The notes under the pieces are model-generated. The model made no database searches. It was not told the origin of the DNA and was given only the letters and a program-made list of their open reading frames with translations. Shown here piece after piece: positions 54,426-61,535 of a stretch of DNA of 64,000 nt (within the stretch, counting starts at the first letter, position 1; each line of letters opens with the position of its first letter). This DNA comes from Clostridia bacterium (lineage in GTDB: Bacteria > Bacillota > Clostridia > UMGS1810): NCBI GenBank assembly GCA_045637145.1, contig JAZTYV010000027.1:13586-77585 (forward strand), given 5' to 3'. A program made the position numbers and the translations under genes.

Positions 54426-57176
54426 ATGAATAAAAAAATTGTTTCGATTATAACAGCCCTTCTGTTGATTTTGCAGTGCTTCTCAGCATTTGCTGCCGAT
54501 ACTTCGGCAGCAGATGTGGATGCAATTCACATTGAAGGATTTTTAAAGAGCATTGGCATTGTACCCGAGGGCACAGACTCTACAGGTGTTACCACCAGAG
54601 GTCAGGCAGCTCAGTACATTGCAGCAATTCTAAATGACAAGTACACTACACCCGCTTACAGAGGCATATTTGCCGATGTTTCCGCAGACCACCCCAATGC
54701 AATAGCTATTGAAACTCTTGCAGACTTAGGTGTAGTTCGCGGTGATGGCAACTTTAACTTCTATCCCGACAGCTACCTCACATACGATCAGGCTGCATGC
54801 ATCTTTGCCTATATGCTTGGTTACTCCGCAGCAGGTACGCTTCCCGCACAGGCACACCTCTATGTGTCCCGTCATGGCATTTGGGATGGCGTAGTTGCAG
54901 AATATGACTATGTTTCCACTCAGGACCTTTTTGCTATGATTTACAATATACTCCACTGTGAAGTTCTCGAGCAGGTAAACTTTGGCAATAAGGAAGAGTA
55001 CAAGTTCAGTGAAGAAGACCTTCTCTACAAAAACTTTGAAGTTATTAAGACCTATGGTGTTGTTGTAAAGAACGATATTTCCTACCTTTGGTCTTCTGCC
55101 GATGCTGACGATGCTACTTTAGTAGTAGAGCAGGAAGACGGCACCGACATTACAGTAGACATTACAGGCAAGAATGTAGATACCAGAGATATCCTCGGTA
55201 AGTACATCACCTTGTACTATGTCTACAACGATGCTACACGCAAGAATGACTATGTATACCACATAGAAGAAGATACCGACAAGATTTTCTCCTTGTCACT
55301 CTACGATCTTGACTTAAACAAGTCATCTATCGACAACGGCAAAATTTACTATTATGCTGAAGATGGCGATGTTGAAGGAATTAACTTAGCTTCTGATTGC
55401 AGCCTCATTTACAACAACGCTGCATACAAGAGCCACACAATTGATTTTGCTACATTAACCAACAAGGTTGGTTTTGTAGAACTCATTGACTACGATGGAA
55501 ACAAGAAGTATGATGTTATTAAGCTTACAGTATATGATACCTTTGTTGTTGGAAGCGTTGCAAAGACCTATTTGACATTACTTGATAGATACGATACTTC
55601 CAGCATCTTAAGCTACAATGCTGATGATTACGACAAGCTCTACATCGAAGATGTAAACGGTACACCTGTTGAAGCAACAACTATTCAGGAAGGTGATGTT
55701 CTTTCTGTAGCAAAGAGTGACACCTACACAGGTGAAAAGATTGTTACAATCGTTGTCTCCAAGGGCATCGTAAACGGTAAAATTACCGAATACGAAGACC
55801 TGGGATATGAGCGCTCCATTGTACTTGATGCTACATCCAAGTTCCGTCTTGCAGACAGAGCTTGCTCAACACTCAGCTACAAGATTGGTACAAATGTTGC
55901 AGTCTACATTGATGCATTTGATAATGCAGTATATGTAACAAACGACTATGGCAGAAATATGCAGTACGCTTTCGTATTTGGCGTTGCAAAGGATTCCGAA
56001 GCCTTCACTCGTGACGTTAAGGTTAAGATGATGCGCTTTGACGGCACATTCCATGTTGTAAGCCTTTGCGACAACGTTACGATAGACGGCAGAGTATACA
56101 AAGAGCAGTACAACGATGCATACGATCGCTTAATGCTTGCTAAGACAGACTTGGGTAGCGTAGGTTCTATTGAAGACGCATTCCTTATCCGCTACACCTT
56201 AGATGCAGCAGGAAAGATGAAAGTTATCGATACTCCCGAATCTGACCTCGGTGGTGACAAGGATAGCCTTCAAAAGATGATAGGCGGTAACTACCTTGTA
56301 GACCGTCAGGGAATAATTGGCCAGAAGGTTCCGATTAGCCCTGCAGCAAATGTAATAAACATTGCTACAAGAGATATGACAGATGTTGATTCCTACGACG
56401 AGCCCAATATGCTCTACATAACTCCCAGATCTATGTCCTTTGGTTCACTAAAGAGCTACAAGGTTGTTGCATATCGTTCTGACCTTCAGGCACCTTATGC
56501 AGATGTTGTTATCAACATCGCGGACACAATCCTCACAATGGATGAAGGCCTCTTCCTTATAGACACAGTTAAGCATGTATATGATGCAGAAAATGACGAC
56601 AAAATCTACAAGTTAGATGGCTTTGTAAACGGTGTTGCTAAGAGTTACTGGATTCCTGAAGAAGGTACCAACAAGCAGACAACAACAACAGGTGGTTTTG
56701 TTCTCACCGACGAGCTCAAAAATGCAGTTCGTGGTGACGTACTTCGTGTTGTAGTAGACCAGAGCAACAAGATTACAGCTTATGACTACATCTTCGACAG
56801 AACAGGTAATACAGATGTAGTAAATACACCTCTCTTCTCTTCCGAACTTGTGGACACGGCTACTAACTCCTATGGTATGTTCACAGGTTATGTAAAGACA
56901 CGTTATGAATCTGTTATCGATGTTGCACACCTCTACAACTATGGTGAAGTTCCTGCTCCCACAAATGACCTCTTCTCCGGTGTTAATGTTAAGAACTACA
57001 CCACTATGATTCCTGGCGGATTACAGATTATGATTGTAGATGATACAGAAAACAAGATTTTCATAGGTAATATGAATGATGTCCGCGATTTTGAACGTTT
57101 CGGCTCTGAAGCATCCTTCATCATTGCTAAATTCCGTACAAATGCTATGACAGATGTAATTATATACAACAAATAA
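54426..57176 (+). CDS. Secreted 916-aa protein with N-terminal SLH repeats and unassigned ~750-aa passenger
   Basis: The signal peptide is MNKKIVSIITALLLILQCFSAFA. SLH-like repeats lie at ~54500-54960. The clearest is FADVSADHPNAIAIETLADLGVVRGDGNFNFYPDSYLTYDQAACIFAYML, and the flanking repeats are degenerate. Confidence 0.7.
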   Translation: MNKKIVSIITALLLILQCFSAFAADTSAADVDAIHIEGFLKSIGIVPEGTDSTGVTTRGQAAQYIAAILNDKYTTPAYRGIFADVSADHPNAIAIETLADLGVVRGDGNFNFYPDSYLTYDQAACIFAYMLGYSAAGTLPAQAHLYVSRHGIWDGVVAEYDYVSTQDLFAMIYNILHCEVLEQVNFGNKEEYKFSEEDLLYKNFEVIKTYGVVVKNDISYLWSSADADDATLVVEQEDGTDITVDITGKNVDTRDILGKYITLYYVYNDATRKNDYVYHIEEDTDKIFSLSLYDLDLNKSSIDNGKIYYYAEDGDVEGINLASDCSLIYNNAAYKSHTIDFATLTNKVGFVELIDYDGNKKYDVIKLTVYDTFVVGSVAKTYLTLLDRYDTSSILSYNADDYDKLYIEDVNGTPVEATTIQEGDVLSVAKSDTYTGEKIVTIVVSKGIVNGKITEYEDLGYERSIVLDATSKFRLADRACSTLSYKIGTNVAVYIDAFDNAVYVTNDYGRNMQYAFVFGVAKDSEAFTRDVKVKMMRFDGTFHVVSLCDNVTIDGRVYKEQYNDAYDRLMLAKTDLGSVGSIEDAFLIRYTLDAAGKMKVIDTPESDLGGDKDSLQKMIGGNYLVDRQGIIGQKVPISPAANVINIATRDMTDVDSYDEPNMLYITPRSMSFGSLKSYKVVAYRSDLQAPYADVVINIADTILTMDEGLFLIDTVKHVYDAENDDKIYKLDGFVNGVAKSYWIPEEGTNKQTTTTGGFVLTDELKNAVRGDVLRVVVDQSNKITAYDYIFDRTGNTDVVNTPLFSSELVDTATNSYGMFTGYVKTRYESVIDVAHLYNYGEVPAPTNDLFSGVNVKNYTTMIPGGLQIMIVDDTENKIFIGNMNDVRDFERFGSEASFIIAKFRTNAMTDVIIYNK

Positions 57177-57198
57177 TTTTTTTCGTGGGGCTGGGCAC

Positions 57199-60100
57199 AT
57201 GAATATGCACACTTTACTTAAAAAAATTTCATCTATAATTATAGCAATTATTCTAACAGCGGTTACTTTTGTAACCGCTGTTGGTGCAAATAAAGTTTTG
57301 CCTGTATTTCAGGCAGGCACAGTATATGAAGCCGAACAGGCTTACATATACGAAGGCAAAATGGAAATACTAAACGATGGACTGGCTTCGGGCGGAACAG
57401 CTCTTAAGCCAAGAGGTGAATATCAGGCAACTGCTGCGGATGTAACAGGTCCCATGCTTGCATTTGATGTAAGCTCCGATATAGAGCGCCAAAATTGCAA
57501 GTTATCTGTAAAATACATCAGCAAAGCAGGTTCCACATCCTTCTTCTACCGCATCAACGGCGGTGCGTGGACATGCGTGTATCCCGCAAAAGCCACTGAG
57601 TATACCTGGTTTGAGGTGCCTTATGTAAGCATCAATGTTGGTGAAACTGCCACACGCGTAGAACTTGCTCAGCGTGTAGATGGAATAACAATAGACCAGA
57701 TTAAAATAAGCGAAGGAGAAGAAAACCTGCCGGTGTTTAATCTCGACACAGCATACGAAGCCGAACAGGCTCATGTATACGGCACCAATATGACTCTTGT
57801 AGATGATGGTGCGGCTTCGGGCGGCAAAGTTCTCAAAACAAGCGGTCAATATCAGGCAAAGGCTGCCGATGTAAAGGGACCAATGCTTGGTTTCTATGTA
57901 TATGCTCCGCAAGACCTCAATAATTGCAAATTGATGATTAGGTATATACACAAGGCAGGCAGTACATCTTTTTTCTATAAGATAGGTAATGCATCTTCTT
58001 GGACTGTAACTTATCCGCCAAAGCAAACAGAATATGTGTGGTACGAAGTTCCTTATTTAACTTTGTCCCTTTCCAAGGGAAACAACCTCATTAAGTTTGC
58101 TCAGCGTACCGGAGACTGGAAAGTAGACCAGATTAAAATTGTAGGCCCTGCAAAAGATTTCGCAGAGCCAAGCGTTACAGACGGAAATATTGTATATCCT
58201 CAAACCATGCAGGCAAACCGTGTTAACAATGTGCCCGCCTTTGAAGACGGCGACAACATTCTTTTCATAGGCGACTCCATTACCCATGGTGCATTAAGCG
58301 GTAAATATCTTGCATATCTTTCCGCATTCTATGCAGGAAGATTTCCGGATAAGAAGATTACATATCTAAACAAAGCCATCGGCGGAAATGACGCCGGTGA
58401 GGCTGTAATGAGATTTAACTATGACATCATAAACGAGCTTGATGCTCCTGCCAACAAAGCTGTTATCCTTATAGGTACAAATGACATGGAAATGTACAAC
58501 TATTATGATGGTACCGAGGATAATCCCGGCGAAAAGCTAAGAAGAGCAGACAACATCACTCGCTATGAAGCATATATGAGAACTCTTATTTCCAAACTTA
58601 GACAAAATGGAGTTGAAGATATAATCCTTATTTCTCCTCCGTTGTATGATGAGTGGGGAAGTATGAGTGCAGTTAATGCCAAGGACTTTAACAACATATC
58701 CCGAAAGGCTGCAGCATTACAGTACAAGCTCTCGCAGGAACTGGAGGATGTGTATTTCATAGATATCAATACACCGATGTATGCTGTAGATATTTATAAT
58801 AAATCCATAAAGGGCTTGGGCTTCAGACTTGCACCCGACCGTGTACATCCAAATGACGAAGCAAACTGGATTATTGCATACTCTATCCTAAAGGCACAAG
58901 GCATGGACAAGGATGTTGCAAATGTAAGCATAGATGCACAGTCTCAAACTGTTAATGCATATAATGCTGCTGTAACAAACCTTACAAGCACACAAAATGC
59001 TGTAACATATACATATTCACCAAACGCTCTGCCTATTGCTGCAGACAGCCTGTACAGAGGCGGAGATGAGCTTGTTCCTATTACAAATGAATTGAACAGA
59101 GAAATAATCAAAGTAACAGGTTTGGCAGATGGTGTATATGACATTAAACTAAACGGTAATGTTGTAATGCGTGCAACCAATGCTCAGCTTGAAGAAGGCA
59201 TAAATATTGCCGACAAGAAAAACAATCCCGGTCAGCAATCTGCTCTTAAGGCTCTTACCGCCGCATTGCAAAGAATAGAGCACGACACCGCGCACAGAAC
59301 ATTCCACTACAATCTGCTGATAACTGTTTCAGAATATGGTCTCAATTATTCCAGCAATGAAGCTCTTATAACTTCCGCACAAAAATATTCCAATGTAAGT
59401 TCAATTGCTGCTCTTCTTGAGCAGAAGGAAAACGAAGGCTCTGTTTTGGCTACAAGCAAGGCATTTGAAGATCAGGTTTATTCTGCAAGTGTTCCTGTAA
59501 GCTCAAATGTGGAGATATCACTCTCAGCAGACCAGACCGAACCCGGAGACATTACATACAGCTATGTTGATGTTACTTTTCCGCAAAACACTGTTTCCAT
59601 AATTCCGGACGACAAAACTCCCAGCATATCCGTTGACAGAATAGTTTTTGAAGACGAAAACGGCAATGAACTTACATCCTTGCCTCAGTCGGGCACAGTA
59701 ACAGCAAAGGCAATTCTCAGAAACAACACCTTAAGTGATGCATCTGCAACACTATGGATTGCTTCCTATACTGCAGATACTTTGGATGTTTCTGCATTTT
59801 CCGACACAGTTTCTGTTGCTCCCGGCAAAGAAACAACTGTTTCTGAATCTGTAACCATAACTCAGGCATCTGCTCTCCTTAAGGCAGGTGTTTGGGAAGC
59901 TGGAGACAGCGCAACACCTCTTGTGGCTTTGGCAGAGTATCCCTCTCAAAACTATGGCATCAAAGATGTATATGTAAACGGCAAAGAGCTTAGCTTTGAC
60001 CCGGAGGTTTACAACTACACATATATGCTTGCCACCGAGGAAACAAATGCTCCCATGGTAAGCGTTACTCCTGCAAATACCAATGCAGATATCAAGATTA

Positions 60101-60387
60101 CACAGGCTTCTTCCACAAAAGACAGTGCAGTTATAAAAGCAGGTGACAACACCTACAGAATATCATTTAAAATATCCGACCCTCATGTTACACAAGTTAA
60201 AATAAACAATGTTGTGTATGAGAAGTTTGTTCCCGATGCATATTACTACGAATTGCCAAAGGCAAGCATGGGAGAAGTAAGTGCGGTTGCAGGCTATGAT
60301 GTAGATGTAAGCATCACTCAGCCCACAGCTTCAAACCCCACAGCCATAATTACAACCGAGGCTATAAACGGCGAACAGAGAACATAA
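57199..60387 (+). CDS. Secreted 2x CBM-like + SGNH/GDSL hydrolase (putative carbohydrate esterase) + cadherin-like modules; apparently truncated by a frame change
   Basis: A signal/anchor sequence (ISSIIIAIILTAVTFVTAVGA) leads. Two CBM-like modules follow (57316-57712 and 57742-58146). The SGNH blocks are ILFIGDSITHG, NKAIGGNDAG, LIGTNDM and PDRVHPND. Two cadherin-like modules follow (VYVNGKELSFDPEVYNYTY...NTYRISFKI; VKINNVVYEKFVPDAYYYEL...). The stop falls inside the last strand of the second module. Confidence 0.75.
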   Translation: MNMHTLLKKISSIIIAIILTAVTFVTAVGANKVLPVFQAGTVYEAEQAYIYEGKMEILNDGLASGGTALKPRGEYQATAADVTGPMLAFDVSSDIERQNCKLSVKYISKAGSTSFFYRINGGAWTCVYPAKATEYTWFEVPYVSINVGETATRVELAQRVDGITIDQIKISEGEENLPVFNLDTAYEAEQAHVYGTNMTLVDDGAASGGKVLKTSGQYQAKAADVKGPMLGFYVYAPQDLNNCKLMIRYIHKAGSTSFFYKIGNASSWTVTYPPKQTEYVWYEVPYLTLSLSKGNNLIKFAQRTGDWKVDQIKIVGPAKDFAEPSVTDGNIVYPQTMQANRVNNVPAFEDGDNILFIGDSITHGALSGKYLAYLSAFYAGRFPDKKITYLNKAIGGNDAGEAVMRFNYDIINELDAPANKAVILIGTNDMEMYNYYDGTEDNPGEKLRRADNITRYEAYMRTLISKLRQNGVEDIILISPPLYDEWGSMSAVNAKDFNNISRKAAALQYKLSQELEDVYFIDINTPMYAVDIYNKSIKGLGFRLAPDRVHPNDEANWIIAYSILKAQGMDKDVANVSIDAQSQTVNAYNAAVTNLTSTQNAVTYTYSPNALPIAADSLYRGGDELVPITNELNREIIKVTGLADGVYDIKLNGNVVMRATNAQLEEGINIADKKNNPGQQSALKALTAALQRIEHDTAHRTFHYNLLITVSEYGLNYSSNEALITSAQKYSNVSSIAALLEQKENEGSVLATSKAFEDQVYSASVPVSSNVEISLSADQTEPGDITYSYVDVTFPQNTVSIIPDDKTPSISVDRIVFEDENGNELTSLPQSGTVTAKAILRNNTLSDASATLWIASYTADTLDVSAFSDTVSVAPGKETTVSESVTITQASALLKAGVWEAGDSATPLVALAEYPSQNYGIKDVYVNGKELSFDPEVYNYTYMLATEETNAPMVSVTPANTNADIKITQASSTKDSAVIKAGDNTYRISFKISDPHVTQVKINNVVYEKFVPDAYYYELPKASMGEVSAVAGYDVDVSITQPTASNPTAIITTEAINGEQRT

Positions 60388-60416
60388 CACTTAAGTTTAT
60401 AGACAGAGATGTAGGT

Positions 60417-61109
60417 GTGGTGTCAAATATTAAGCTAAATGGCTCTTTAGCTCCATCAACAGGATACAACCGTGTTGTAGCTGTACCTTCCAAGGGCGTT
60501 GAGCTGGTCAACTACTATGACCCCGATTTAACATTGGAGCAGATGTATGCTAATCTTTGCGATGACGAAGTATACGAAGATGAAGCATGTATGATGTCCA
60601 GTACCAGCTACCGTACTCCTGTTGGCATGTGGGATCGTGCTGAAAACAACACATATGGATACTGCATACAGTTCTTATATGCTGATGTGGGAGGTTCCTT
60701 CCTTATAAACGATAATGTTACAAGATTAATAAAACCCGACAATGAATTTGTATCGGGCTCAGACCCCACAAAAATATATGAATTTACTATTTCCAAGCCT
60801 GCTACCGTATACATTATACCTTATGCAAGAAGTACTTATATTGAAAGCTTAAATGCAGGCTGGACATATGCTTGTGACACAACTATGTACACCCCGCATA
60901 TTCCTTCATCCATCGAACTTATGCTCGATAGAGGAGTAAAGGTTAAAATACCCACAGGTGCTACAACCTATTATACACCTTTCCGCGAAGGTCACGCGTA
61001 CTACAAGCACTACAATGCAGGCGAAACGGCACAGATTCCCTCACACTCCGCTACATCATCCACCAGAAGCCGCGCTATATTCATTGTGTGGGATGAGGTT
61101 CAGGAATAA
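60417..61109 (+). CDS. 230-aa ORF with no leader and a GTG start; probably the detached C-terminal domain of the preceding gene
   Basis: Its frame is open back to 60369 and overlaps the last 19 nt of the upstream gene in another frame. It has no signal peptide and no good SD. It is homologous to the C-terminal domain of the 559-aa protein, where that domain follows two cadherin-like modules. Confidence 0.5.
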   Translation: MVSNIKLNGSLAPSTGYNRVVAVPSKGVELVNYYDPDLTLEQMYANLCDDEVYEDEACMMSSTSYRTPVGMWDRAENNTYGYCIQFLYADVGGSFLINDNVTRLIKPDNEFVSGSDPTKIYEFTISKPATVYIIPYARSTYIESLNAGWTYACDTTMYTPHIPSSIELMLDRGVKVKIPTGATTYYTPFREGHAYYKHYNAGETAQIPSHSATSSTRSRAIFIVWDEVQE

Positions 61110-61137
61110 TTGAACAGTTATAAATAATACATAAGGA

Positions 61138-61170
61138 AAGACGGTTGTTTTAAAACAGCCGTCTTTTTTG
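61138..61170 (+). terminator. Rho-independent terminator ending the secreted-protein block
   Basis: GACGGTTG (61140-61147) pairs with CAGCCGTC (61156-61163), with one G-U pair. A T6 run follows. Confidence 0.75.
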
Positions 61171-61228
61171 TGTATGGTTTGATTTTGATAATATAATGCC
61201 GGTGGATGAGACAATTTTCTGTCGGTAC

Positions 61229-61257
61229 TTGAATTATATGCAAAAATATTGTATAAT
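61229..61257 (+). promoter_or_regulatory. Candidate sigma-A promoter for the DUF2130 gene leader
   Basis: TTGAAT (61229-61234), a 17-nt spacer, then TATAAT (61252-61257). This implies a 5-prime leader of about 270 nt. Confidence 0.5.
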
Positions 61258-61281
61258 GATTTCAAACGAAACTTGAAATCA

Positions 61282-61473
61282 TCGATATGAATTCTTGCAG
61301 AATTTTCGATATGTCAAAAATGACTCAATATGTGCTTCGCACTCGATATGTTGTCTTACGGCAACGAGAATTTATATTATATCGAGTTTTGTAGGGAAGG
61401 TGCTTGCTCCTTCCGAAAAACATATCGATTTTACGGAAGTAAAAATATCTAGCAAACGGAGTTTGCATATCGA
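61282..61473. repeat. Cluster of seven TCGATATG / CATATCGA octamers (4 forward then 3 inverted)
   Basis: Forward copies start at 61282, 61306, 61325 (TCAATATG) and 61343. Reverse-complement copies start at 61378 (TATATCGA), 61421 and 61466. That is five exact and two one-mismatch copies. Confidence 0.85.
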
Positions 61474-61488
61474 CAAAAGGAGAACGAA

Positions 61489-61509
61489 ATGGAGCAGAAC
61501 AAAAAATAA
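61489..61509 (+). CDS. Possible 6-codon upstream ORF (MEQNKK)
   Basis: It has the strongest SD in the leader (AAAAGGAG, 61475-61482), 6 nt before the ATG. It ends 26 nt before the main ATG. The evidence is purely positional. Confidence 0.2.
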   Translation: MEQNKK

Positions 61510-61535
61510 CTCTTGTCAGAGAAAGGGCTGTTAAA

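Noticed and set aside
60369-60387. Programmed -1 ribosomal frameshifting joining the esterase ORF to the 230-aa ORF.
   Set aside because: The 19-nt overlap (CGGCGAACAGAGAACATAA) contains no X-XXY-YYZ slippery heptamer or homopolymer run, and no obvious downstream stimulatory structure. A mutation or sequencing error is more likely.
23100-61170. Whether the 38-kb carbohydrate region is a mobile genomic island.
   Set aside because: I recognise no integrase, transposase, recombinase, tRNA attachment site or flanking direct repeats. The gene orientation matches the flanking core genes. It looks like a resident accessory locus, although composition statistics were not computed.
61295-61534. A 79-aa ORF (TTG start) covering the DUF2130 leader.
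   Set aside because: It has no SD and an unusual Cys/Lys/Arg-rich composition. It spans the octamer-repeat array, whose inverted symmetry is better explained as RNA or DNA structure. It is kept only as an alternative in the leader finding.
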